A stretch of 64,000 bases of DNA, taken from NCBI GenBank assembly GCA_965240325.2, contig OZ251253.1:310001-374000 (forward strand). The letters run 5' to 3'. This DNA is from Rebecca billardiae RCC1528. Taxonomy: Eukaryota > Protista > Haptophyta. The translations under genes and the position numbers were made by a program. This document shows, one piece after another, positions 48,333 through 58,738 of the stretch (the first letter of the stretch is position 1; each line of letters starts with the position of its first letter). Below the pieces are notes generated by a model. The model was not told the DNA's origin. It made no database searches and saw only the letters and a program-made list of their open reading frames with translations.

Positions 48333-50071
48333 ACGAAGCGCACCGGAGAGGGTGACTACCGCGCGCCTGCGTCCAGTCAGATGTTGGCTTCGACTTCGGC
48401 TCCGTCGGCGCCGCGTGAGCTTGACCCCGGCGGCTCCAACGCTGCCGATGCCGCCGACTTGCCGCCGACAACTGTGCCCGAGGCTGCTGGCGCGAACAAG
48501 AAGGCCAGGCACTCGATGGTGCTCGAGGCACGTGGTTGCTGGCACACAGGTGCCAGCGCAGTCCACGCGCTGCTCGCCGCACAAGCTTCTCAGCCGGTTG
48601 CTGATGCTGAGACGACCGACGCACGGCCGCCAGACGGGGCCTCGCCCTGCAAGCAGGAGGAGGAGGACCGCGAGGAGTCGGAGGACGAGAACGCGGAGAC
48701 GGTGGTTGGAGGCTGGGCTGGAAGCGGGCAGCTCGCCGGCATGGGCACCGTGTCGCGTTCCGATTGTTTTGGCGTGCACTATCAGGCAAGGATGGGGCGA
48801 TGGTATGCACACGTAAGTCACAAGGGTGGGCGATACTCCGCGCCCAGAGGCCTGGCGACTGCCGCTGAGGCGGCACGCGCGTACGACACGCTCGTGCGCG
48901 AGAACGGCCTCGTCGGCGTGAAGCGTCTCAACTTCCCGTCTTCGCACGAGCGCGAGCTCGAGCTGCAGGCCGGTCGCGCCGCGCAGGCCTCGAGCCACGG
49001 CTTTGTGGGGATTTCCTGTAATTCTGGCCGCCAGGCGGTTTCACGACCATGGCGAGGAGTTGTCTGTCACAAGAGAAAGCAGCTTTACACCGGCACATAT
49101 GCCACGGCGGAGGAGGCCGCGCACGCGTACGATGCGCTTGTGCGGAAGAAGCGCCTCGTGGGCACCAAGCGGCTCAACTTCCCCACGCCGGACGAGCTCG
49201 ACCTCAACGAGCGCTGCGTGACACACAAGTACACGAGCGTGGCCGCGCAGAGACCAGCGGCAGCGGAGCCCGCCATCGAGCAGCCGCCGCCTTCACGCCG
49301 CCCCTCTGCACGCGCGGCGGAGCAAGGCCCAGCCGCTGCCGCTGTTGCGGTGCAGCCAGCTCGTGCGCACGCGCAGCTCGCCACGCCGCCCTCCATTGAG
49401 CACCCTGCGCGTGCCAGCGCTGGCCTCAGCTCGGCCGCAGGTGCGCGTGCGCAGGCGGCTACACCGCCTATGCCCGCGGACACGCTGGCCGTCACTGCCG
49501 GCGAGAGCGGCGTGGGACCGCCGCCGCTCCTCGCGACGCTCGTGACGAGCGCCGAGCACCCTTGCCCATCCGACGCCCACACAGCGCCGCCAGCTTGCAC
49601 GGAGGAGACTGCCTAGCTAGGCTGCCGCTGCGGTGGAGATGATCGTCGAGCTGAAGATGCAGCTGCATGCGCGCACGAGTTTAGTCGAGCGGCTGCAGGC
49701 CGAGCTGCGCGGCGTGCGCGCGCGGCCGCAGGCGGCCGAGCGCGTGGCGGAGCACGTGGCGGACCCTGCGCGCGTGCGCGTGCTGCGGCAGGTGCTGAGT
49801 GCTGAGATGGCGGGCGCTGGCTCCAGGTGTGCTGCAGCTCGCCCCATGCCGCGCCACCACCCAGCATGCATCTGCACTACGCACCAACACCGCGCCAGCC
49901 AGTGCGCTGCACCCGTGTCGCCTCGGTTTGGCACTGACCCAGCCCACACCCCACCTCCCCTGACTGCCGGCGCAGCAGCACTGACGCTGACGGGCCAGCA
50001 TTGCGTGCGCAAGGCGCAGCTCGAGTGCGGCGCCGCGCGCTCACGAGAGCCACCTGCTCAGCGGACGATGA
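48333..50071 (+). pseudogene. AP2-domain array copy 6, disrupted or truncated
   Basis: Start ATG changed to ACG at 48333 (next in-frame ATG 48381); 4-bp CTAG-type insertion near 49613 gives a stop at 49616 and a frameshift before the coiled coil; both AP2 domains intact. Confidence 0.8.
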
Positions 50072-50897
50072 GAATCGTCGCATCAGTGAAGTGGCTGAGT
50101 GGTAGCCCACTGCCGCATGTAGTGGAGATCAGATCTGTAGGACCGCAGGGCACCCTTTTCTATAGGCTCTCTCTTCATGTGCACCATCCCGCCGTACAGT
50201 ACCGGCGCCGGTGTGACACTGCCAGGCCGTGCCTGAGCCACGACATCTGTCATCGCCAGCCTGTGTGGTGCCTCAGGCGCCGGGGATGGGGGCTTACACG
50301 CGCCCGGGGATCGACCATGGTACATACCGACCTGCCAGGCCTACACAATCGACACGTGCGTGTCCGTCACGCCCGCGCACGCACTTTAGTTGGCGGTGGG
50401 CGGCAAGCGGCCGGCCGCCATAAAGACTGGCCGCGGCAGAGAGCCTCGATGGAGGCCGTTTTGAACGCGCTCGCGCGCGGCGAGGTGAGCCGTGCAGGGT
50501 TGTTCGGCGCTGTGGGCGCCTCGAGGGCGTCAAGGTAGACCGCGCCCAAGCGGCTGTCGCCCCCTGGATCGGCCTCTCCGCGCCGTGCGAGGCCACGGCG
50601 CGCGGGCGGTACACGACCTCCTGTCTGACGGCCGAAGGTCCGAGTGGTCAGCCCCCAGTGCGTTTCTCCAGCGGCGCACGCCAGCCTGACGGGCGGCCGG
50701 CGGCCCCGCGTTTCCGCAAAAGCGCGAAAATCTTTTTTTGCGTCGATTTCACGGTAGGCGACCACTCGGACCTGGCGCAGTCAGGAACAAGCTACAGTTT
50801 ACTAAGAATAAGAGACGCACACAGCTCAGGCAGGCGAATGAGAGAGCCGCCGAAGCGGCCAGTCTTTATGCGGCCAAAGCGTGCCCATGTTCATCAC

Positions 50898-52927
50898 TAG
50901 GCTGTCCGACTCTACACTGCTGTGTAGAGGCTGCCGAAAGTCTGCTCTAGCGGGACCCCCGCGCACTGGGGTCGTTCCGGGCGCGAGCTCGGCGGGGACG
51001 TGGCGAGCGGGTCGGCGCGCGCCGTGGGCTGGGTGTGCGATTTTACCAACGTATCGGTCGACCTGACCCTCCCCGTCGCGCCGCTCTTGCCCTCGTGGCC
51101 TCTCTTCCCCCCAACACGGGTGCGCGCAGCCGCTTGAACAGCCTGGCTGCAGGTCGTTCACAGACGGCAGGCCGCGTGCAACCTGCGCGGGTGAAGAGGG
51201 GTGGCTTGTTGCGTGGTTACGCGGCTGACGCCCGTGTGTGGCCTTGCGAGCCTTTGTGTGCGAGGTTACTTGCCCACATCTGCTCTCGCGTGTCATGCGC
51301 GCGTGCAACGAACACTATGCCGTATGCGACCCGCCTTGCAGCAGCCGAGGCCACTGCCACTGGCTATCCACGTCGCGCGCGAGATCGTCGACATTCTGAC
51401 GGGCTCGCATCCAGGCGAGTGCAAGTGCGCGCGCTGCGTTACGTTCCTCCCGTCCACTGGAGGTGTGCACTGTGAAGCGGAGTCCAGCAGCCAAAACGAC
51501 ATGGGCATCTGACTCGTCATTCGTGTCAACCTGTGACGACGGGCATCGCGCCAGGCTGAGAGGCCAGTGCCCAGGATAGCTCGGGTGATGGGGCACCGCA
51601 CGTCTGATCATCGGATGGCAGATGAAGTCAGCAACGTACTAGATCAAGCGTCGGCTTGTCCACGTCGCCGGCGCGGTGTGCGCACTCTCCTGCTGCCGCT
51701 GCTGCACTACAGCGCTACTGTACTCTGACAATTCTAGGATTTAAAGACACATCAGGTATGAGGACGCAGCTCTCCTGATTCGTCTGTCGAAGTACTGATT
51801 GGAGGCGGAGGATGTGAGCGCGTTAGCCGCGGATGAGGGAGTCGTCGCCGATGCTGATCACTGAGATGCCGCGCGCTGTGACTTGCAGTCGTCGGTCGTC
51901 ACGCCGTTGCCGCCGTCGGACGGTCGGTCCCGGCTGACGAGTGACGGTCCGAGTTGATGCAGTAAGCTAGTGAGAGTAGTCTGCGTGGATGCTCACGCCA
52001 GCCGCCGGTGCGGTCGGGGATGGCGCTCAGCCTAGCCGTGGGGGAGGTAGTCGGCCTGGCCGGCGGGCGGGGTTGCTCAATATTCGTTTCTTTTAATATT
52101 TTATTCATCGCCGTGGATTTAATTTTAAACCCGGCCACGCTAACGACATGACCTTGTGGCGCGTTGCGTCGGAGAACGGGACGGCAGCCTGCCCGCTCGG
52201 AGCGTGCTTGTACGCCACAAGCATGCGGGCGACGATGCTTGATGATTCCCACTCTCGCACCGGAGCTGTGAGTCTGTGTAACACAGTGACGCGGGAGCCG
52301 AGGGTGACTCGACGGGCAACTTCAGGAATGCACCTGCCAGAAGCACTGCCTTCAATATCAAGCACGCAGATGGCAAAGACGAAGGCCACAAGCATGCGAC
52401 AGAACATGTCAACGATATGGCGTCACCGTCTTAGTGCCTGCAGTGGCCCCACGCTGGCCCAGCTGGCAGCAGGTGGACAAGCGCAAGCGCAGCGGAGATC
52501 CGATGGTGTACGTTACACGCGCGCATGACACGCGAGAGCGGATGTGGGCAAGTAATCTCGCACACAAAGGCTCGCAAGGCCACATATGAGCGTCAGCCAC
52601 GCAACCACGCAACAAGCCACCCCTCTTCACCCGCGCAGGTTGCACGCGGCCCGCCGTCTGTGAACGACCTGCAGCCAGGCTGTTCAAGCGGCTGCGCGCA
52701 CCCGTGTTGGGGGGAAGAGAGGCCGCGAGGGCAAGAGCGGCGCGACGGGGAGGGTCAGATCGACCGATACGTTGGTAAAATCGCGCACCCAGCCCGCGGC
52801 GCGCACCGACCCGCTCGCCACGTCCCCGCCGAGCTCGCGCCCAGTGCAGCCCCAGTGCGCGGGGGTCCCGCTAGAGCAGACTTTCGGCAGGCCCCCCGTA
52901 GCCAGCGGAGGGGGGCCGGACAGGCTA
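50898..52927. mobile_element. Non-autonomous Mutator-like element (MULE), ~420-bp TIRs, 9-bp TSD
   Basis: TSD GTTCATCAC at 50889-50897 and 52928-52936; termini TAGGCTGTCCG / CGGACAGGCTA; long inverted homology 50931-51318 vs 52503-52890; no transposase ORF. Confidence 0.9.
51724..52050 (-). repeat. Dispersed repeat family copy nested inside the MULE
   Basis: Reverse complement aligns by eye with 58400-58738 (GTGATCAGCATCGG..CGACGACTCCCTCA.CCGCGG..AACGCGCTC..ACATCCTCC...CAGTACTTCGACAGACGAATCAGGAGAGCTGCG). Confidence 0.8.
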
Positions 52928-52965
52928 GTTCATCACGCTTTCGGACGTCGGTGGTGCATGCAGCA

Positions 52966-55461
52966 ATGGCGGGCATCGCGGCGGAGGCGACGATCGCGGC
53001 GGCGGTGGAGCAGGCCGGCGTGGGGCACGCGGCTGCACGGCCCGGCGTGCCCGCTCCCAAGCCGGCGCACGCCGCCTCCACCGCGCGCTCCAATCGGACG
53101 ACGGCCGTCGTCAGGTTCACGGCCGTGCTCGTCGCGGCGTACGCCGACCGCTTCCTGAGCGGCGTGGCGACGCGCGCGATCGCGGCGGTGCGCACGACGC
53201 CCGGGTGCGCGAAGGTGCTCCTGCTGTGGAACAGGCCACGCGCCGAGCTCGACGCCGCGCTGCGCGACGCCGCGCCGCCGATGACGCTCGCGGCGGTCCA
53301 AGCGCAGCGCGGCGCGCCGCTGCGCGTGCTCTTTGAGAGCGTCAACTCGCTGAACAACCGGTACCGCCACCTGGGCGAGATCGAGACGGAGGCGGTGGTG
53401 ATCTTCGACGACGACGTGCGGGCGTTCATGCTGCCCGAGCTCACGCTCGGCGTGCTCCAGCCCTGGTCGAACGACCGCACGCGGCTCGTCTCGACGTGCG
53501 CGCGCACAATCGCCCGGCCGCCGGCCGGCGCGGGTGCGAACGCCACTTACAAAGACATCCAGCGGTTCACGTACCGCCGGGCGAACCTGATGCTCCCGCA
53601 CGTGATGGCCTTCGACAAGGGGCTGCTCGAGCTGTACATGAGCCCCAGGTACGCCGCCCTGCGGCACTGGGTGGACGCCGACCCCGCGCACTGCGACGAC
53701 GTCCTTCTCAACTTTGTTTACCAGTCGGAGCGGCGCCGGCCGGCGCTGTGGCCGTACGCACCCGAGCGGTTCATGACGGAGCACGACGGCCGGGGCGTGT
53801 CGGCGCAGGCGCGGCGGAAGGAGCTGCGCGCGGGCTGCGCGCGGCACATCGCGCGCCACCTCCCCGCGCCCGCGTCGGGCGCGCCGCCGCTCGCGTGGCT
53901 GCAGCCGGCCGACCGTCTGTTTGTGAACAAATGGAGCCACGACCTCCATCTGACGAATCTCGACCAGCGCGAGCGCGGCGTGCTGAGCAAGCTCAAGCAC
54001 GACCACGACGCGTCGTGGGTCACGCTCGAGCTGCCGCCCGGGCTGCCGCCGCGCGCGGTGCCCGTGCTCCCGTTCCGGCTCCCGCCGCCCGAGCCGCCCG
54101 ACCGCCCGCCGCCCGGCGCCGCCGCGCCCAACCCTCCGCTCCACGACGTCCACGACGAGCGCCTCGCGACCATCGCCGTCGTCGCGTCCGAGTTCTTCGA
54201 CGAGCGCGTCTCGCGGATGGGCGGCTTCGGGTACAGCACGCGGATGGTCGGGCGCGTGTTCACGCAGCACCCTGAGCTCGGCGTGAGCCTGGTGTACGTA
54301 ATGGCGTGCGGCGGCGCGCGCCTGGACGGCAAGCGACAGCTCACAGGCGAGACGCTCGTCCACGGCTGGCCGCTGGTTAACCTCTGCAATCACGCGGAGG
54401 GCGCCACCTCCGGGCCGGTCTCGACCGCGTGGGCACGGGCGTACCTGCTCGCGGCCAAGGTGCGGCTGTTCCTCTTCATCGACTACCGGACGAACTATAA
54501 GCCCGCGCACGACATGCTGCCGGCCGTGCCGATTGTGCTGTGGGCGCGCGACCCGCGCACGCAGGCGCAGCGCCACCGGATCCAGCGCATCACCGTGCCG
54601 GGCGGCACGAAGCGCGCCAAGGGCGCCAGCACGCCCGACGCGCGCGGGGCGCGCGCGCTGTGGGCGACGGGGCGCGTCGGCGTGGGCATGACCTACGGCC
54701 GCGCGCTGCGCGACCGCGCGCCAGAGGCATACAACCTGTCCTCCGACGCCGTCCTGCGCGAGCTGCCCAACACCATCTCGATGTGCGCGGTGCACGGCCT
54801 CGCCCTCGAGCCCAAGCCGGCGGGGATGGAGGCGCCTTCTCCGGAGGTCCTGTTTCTAGCGCGGCTCGACCCGTACAAGCGGCCGTGGCTGCTCGTCGAG
54901 CTCGCCAGGGCGTTCCCAGAGGTCACCTTCTACGCGGCGGGCAAGTCGCACTTTGTCGGGCCGCGCGCGTTCACGCCGCCGGCTGACGGCGAGGTGCCCA
55001 ACCTGAAGTTTCTCGGACACGTCGCCTCGGAGATGGAGAAGGCGGAGAGGCTCGCGCGCGCGTGGTTCGTGGTCAACCTGAGCGCGCACGAGGGCGTGGC
55101 GATCTCGTGGCTCGAGGCCTTCCACTGCCGCACGCCCGTGCTCAGCACGGTGGACCCGGGCGGGCTGGTCAGTCGCTTCGGGCGGTTTGCGGGCGAGTGG
55201 AAGGGCAACGGCCTCGCCGGGCTGCCGCGCATCAAGGCGGCGTTCTCGCAGCTGCTCACCAACCGCTCCCTGCGCGCCGAGCTCGGCGTGGCCGCGCGCA
55301 GGCACGTGCTGGAGACGCACAACACGCCGCGCTTCGTGCGCAAGCTCGTCGAGCTCGTCGAGCTCGTGTCGCCTGCCGAGCCGGCGGGCGCGGCGAGTGC
55401 GGCAGCAGCCGGGCCAGTCGCATCAGCATCAGTGCTGCTGACAGCTGATGATCGCCGATAG
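52966..55461 (+). CDS. Two-domain glycosyltransferase: GT64 (EXTL2-like) + GT4 (GT-B) fusion
   Basis: NSLNNRY...IETEAVVIFDDDVR and HCDDVLLNF (GT64); MGGFG, VLFLARLDPYKRPWLLVELARAFPEVTF, SAHEGVAISWLEA (GT4 EX7E); likely ATG 52966. Confidence 0.85.
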   Translation: MAGIAAEATIAAAVEQAGVGHAAARPGVPAPKPAHAASTARSNRTTAVVRFTAVLVAAYADRFLSGVATRAIAAVRTTPGCAKVLLLWNRPRAELDAALRDAAPPMTLAAVQAQRGAPLRVLFESVNSLNNRYRHLGEIETEAVVIFDDDVRAFMLPELTLGVLQPWSNDRTRLVSTCARTIARPPAGAGANATYKDIQRFTYRRANLMLPHVMAFDKGLLELYMSPRYAALRHWVDADPAHCDDVLLNFVYQSERRRPALWPYAPERFMTEHDGRGVSAQARRKELRAGCARHIARHLPAPASGAPPLAWLQPADRLFVNKWSHDLHLTNLDQRERGVLSKLKHDHDASWVTLELPPGLPPRAVPVLPFRLPPPEPPDRPPPGAAAPNPPLHDVHDERLATIAVVASEFFDERVSRMGGFGYSTRMVGRVFTQHPELGVSLVYVMACGGARLDGKRQLTGETLVHGWPLVNLCNHAEGATSGPVSTAWARAYLLAAKVRLFLFIDYRTNYKPAHDMLPAVPIVLWARDPRTQAQRHRIQRITVPGGTKRAKGASTPDARGARALWATGRVGVGMTYGRALRDRAPEAYNLSSDAVLRELPNTISMCAVHGLALEPKPAGMEAPSPEVLFLARLDPYKRPWLLVELARAFPEVTFYAAGKSHFVGPRAFTPPADGEVPNLKFLGHVASEMEKAERLARAWFVVNLSAHEGVAISWLEAFHCRTPVLSTVDPGGLVSRFGRFAGEWKGNGLAGLPRIKAAFSQLLTNRSLRAELGVAARRHVLETHNTPRFVRKLVELVELVSPAEPAGAASAAAAGPVASASVLLTADDRR

Positions 55462-56083
55462 CATATTATTATTAGCGGCGGCATAGCGGCGGCAGCGGGA
55501 CTCTCGCCGTAGTCGTCGTCGTCGTCACTTACTAGCAGCAGTGCTGTACGACTACGTCGGTACTCCGGTCGACGTGCGCGCGCTCAGCCTGAGCCTGTCA
55601 CTCGGGTCCGCGACTCCCGGACGGAGCGCCCTGATGACGGATCATCACCGTGACACGCGGGATGCCAGCGCCAGCGGGCCACCCGCCCACCGGGTCGGGC
55701 CGGCACCGCCACCGGGCCAGCCCCGGCTGCCCGGGCGGTACGGTCCCGGAGCCCGGTATATACTCACTCAGGTCCGTCAGCGCACTCCGTAAGTGGCTGT
55801 GAAGTGTGAGTGTCGGACAGAGCCGACGGCGGACCGGATCATCTTACGATAGAGCCACGACTCGTATATATATATATATCGATGTAGCAGCTATAGCAGC
55901 AGGATCGTCGCGCATGTGAATATATGGATTTGATGATTAATGGGCGGGCGGCCGCGCGGGCTGCTGTGCGTCGCGTCAACTGGCGGGCAGTGGCGGCGCA
56001 CCGCCGCACCGAGGCACTGAGTCGGCACGAGTGCGGCCACGTGAAATCCCTGGGGGCGGTCGGGCTGCATCATCGCGAGAGCG

Positions 56084-56758
56084 CTACATCATGCCTGCCC
56101 CCCGCTGCATGTTCTGCGCCCCCGGCGCCGGCACGCCCATCGACGCCATCGACGCCCCCGTCTTCTTGAGCTCGTAGTTGATCTGCGCGCCCATGCACCC
56201 AGAGACTGAGCACGCGACTGCGTCGGCGACGCAGTCGATGATCTCGGCGAGATCCTCGAGGTCCTCGCAGAAGCAGGCGAGGATGTCGCAGATGCAGGAG
56301 AGGAGCTGGAGGCAGTTCGAGAACGCGATGATCTGCCAGTCCATCGGGTCGGGCCGGATCTGCTTCGCGTCCATCATGTGCATCCGCGCGATGGAGAGCG
56401 AGAGGGACGGGCAGCAGCAGCCCTCGCAGCAGAGCGCGAGCCCGTTGCCCTGGCACATGTCGCCCACCGGGATGCAGCACACCTTGGGGACGTAGCCCTG
56501 CAAGCACACGTAGTCCTCAATCCCGCGGCCGAACTTCTCGAGCACCGACTTGCGAAAGTAGCACGCGGTCATGCCCAGGCACATGCCCCCCATGCTGAAG
56601 ACGCAGCAACACGGGTCCTTGCAGCACGCGTCCTTCAGGCCGACAGCGAAGTCGTTCGGGTTGTCCTGCTTGTCGAGCAGCGCGTTGTAACGCGCGCCAG
56701 TCGCGCCCCTTGCCTTCACTTCCGCCGGCGGCCGATCCGAGAAGCAGCAGAACACCAT
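56084..56758 (-). CDS. PLAC8-family cysteine-rich protein
   Basis: FAVGLKDACCKDPCCC...ACYFRKSVL...CCEGCCCPSLSLSIAR...CMGAQINYELK. Confidence 0.8.
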   Translation of the reverse strand: MVFCCFSDRPPAEVKARGATGARYNALLDKQDNPNDFAVGLKDACCKDPCCCVFSMGGMCLGMTACYFRKSVLEKFGRGIEDYVCLQGYVPKVCCIPVGDMCQGNGLALCCEGCCCPSLSLSIARMHMMDAKQIRPDPMDWQIIAFSNCLQLLSCICDILACFCEDLEDLAEIIDCVADAVACSVSGCMGAQINYELKKTGASMASMGVPAPGAQNMQRGAGMM

Positions 56759-57639
56759 GCCGCGTGTCGCGCCGTCGAGATCGTGGCACCGCAAGTATGG
56801 CGGTCTCACTTTCCGAGGAGTGACCACTGACCAAGCCAAGCCAACCTTGGCTTCCAGAGTTCCAAGAGTCCAGAGTCCAGACCGTCCTGTAGAGCTACCT
56901 GGCAAGGGCTTGTGCACATCTGGTCTCCTCCGGACTGCGCCGCCATCGTTTACAGTACTCGGCGGGCACAGCACTCGCGTGAAGCGAGTGCGATGGCGGA
57001 GAGTACCAGCCAGGGCGGAGAGGACCAGTCTTACCGCCCTTGACCAGTCAGTGTCCAGACAGGGGTACTGCAACGAGCCAACGACTCGCCTACCGGTACT
57101 CTGACTACTGGCACTTCTGACGCAGCCGGCCACGGGGCCACCTCCCGCCTGGCGCCTGGCGCACTTCGGTCTGGCGTTGCCCCGAGACGCAGGCGTGGAT
57201 GCAGCCAGCGGCCTTGATGCACCATTCCGAGTGTGCGCGACCTCCGCCGCGCCAGCGCGCGACAGCGCCCGCCGCCGCGGACTCGCACGACTCGTGCAGG
57301 CGTTAGGCTTGCGGTGTCAGGCCGGCATCCTGTCGCCTGTCGGGTTGCGTCCGAGCGCGGCCAGCTAGAAGAGCACCGTATGGAGGGTCGCGCCGCGCGC
57401 GACGAGTGAAGCTTTTGATGTGTATTTTGCGAGCACGCGGCCCTGCTACTCGCTGGCCGGTCAGGCGGCGCAGTGCACGGCGCGCGGCCTCAGTTACTTA
57501 CCATACTCGTGTAATCTCGTCACTCTCGTGCGGAATCGGCGAGAAAATTAATGTGGCGGGCGCATGGCACTTGCACGACGATAAAGGGCCGAGCCACTAT
57601 AAGTGTCAGGTTACCCAGATCGCGCGGAGTTAAAAACCC

Positions 57640-58738
57640 ATCGTTTTGGTCAAAACTGGGCGCAAACAGTCAGACCAACATCTACTCCGGCGGTGTGAAC
57701 CTGATCTTCCTCCGCCTGCGTTTCATGCCCATCGACCCCGAGCACCCCATCTTCTTCGCGCCGCTCAAGCCGAGCCGCCGCATCGCCGGCGCCGCCCGCG
57801 TCCCACACAACCTGTGGGGCGTGCCGCCCGCGCCGCCTGTGCCGCCCGCGCCGCCCGCCGCTGCGCGCCGCCCTGCTCCTCAGCCGGCCGACCAACAGGC
57901 GGCGGACCCCGCCGGCCCGGAGGCGGAGGAGCCCGAGGGGGAGGGTTCGGACGATGCCATCCCGCCACCCCAGCCACCAACCGCGGCCGCGCCGTCGGAC
58001 GGGCCCGAGGTGCAACAGGCCAGGCCGGCGCTCGGGGAGTCCAACTACCGCCTGGTCCTGCCCCCCCGGCGCCGCGGCAGCCGGCAAGCGCGCGGCGACC
58101 GAGCCGTCCACGCCGGCGGAGGAGGATGGGCCCTCCTCCGCTGGCGGGAGCGACGCCAAGCCGGCCAAGCAGGCTCGCACCGCGTCCCTCGGCGACCCCC
58201 CCCGTGACCTGGCTGCCGCCGCGCCGCAGTCGCTGGCGTAGAGCCGCGCGCGGCGCTGGCGCGCCAGACGCGCCCGGTTGGGCAGCGCAGGCACCCTCAG
58301 CGGCCAGGACGACGACTTCCTCAACGGCAAGGGCGACGACTTCCTCTGCGGCCAGGGCGACGACTTCCTCAACGGCAAGGACGACGACTTCCTCAACGGC
58401 AAGGGCGACTACTCCCTCAACTCGGCAAGGCCACTAGGCCGCGCACACCGGCCCGGGCGACCACATCCACTACCTGCACTACGGCATCAACTTGAACAGC
58501 CTCGGACGACGACGACACGGGCAACTACATGATGACCAAGGCCGACGACGACTGCAAAACAGCGGCATCCCCGGGCGCCTACTACCTCAGTGACCGTGTG
58601 ATCAGCATCGGTTACGACGACTCCCTCACCCGCGGCCAACGCGCTCCGACATCCTCCATTAACTCCATTCAGTACTTCGACAGACGAATCAGGAGAGCTG
58701 CGCCCTCGTGCCTGTGTCTTTAAATCATAGAATTAGTC
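57640..58738 (+). mobile_element. Longest copy of the dispersed repeat family: truncated ORF tail + minisatellite + conserved end
   Basis: Codon-biased ORF remnant (NIYSGGVNLIFLRLRFMPIDPEHPIFFAPLK), then a 24-bp minisatellite, then the segment shared with the 31.1, 51.7-52.0 and 59.4 kb copies; left boundary uncertain. Confidence 0.45.
58302..58430 (+). repeat. 24-bp minisatellite, ~5 units (GGCAAGGGCGACGACTTCCTCAAC)
   Basis: Directly visible head-to-tail units without spacers. Confidence 0.9.

Noticed and set aside
36214-49185. Diversity-generating retroelement as the cause of AP2 variability
   Set aside because: No reverse transcriptase or template repeat in the window, and adenines in GCA and CAC codons next to the variable codons are invariant
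35804-50071. AP2 copies as HNH-AP2 homing endonucleases or AP2-integrase mobile elements
   Set aside because: No HNH, integrase or transposase domain, no per-unit TIR/TSD, and each copy has a spliceosomal intron
58648-58738. Hammerhead ribozyme in the dispersed repeat
   Set aside because: No CUGANGA...GAAA core with suitable stems found on either strand by eye
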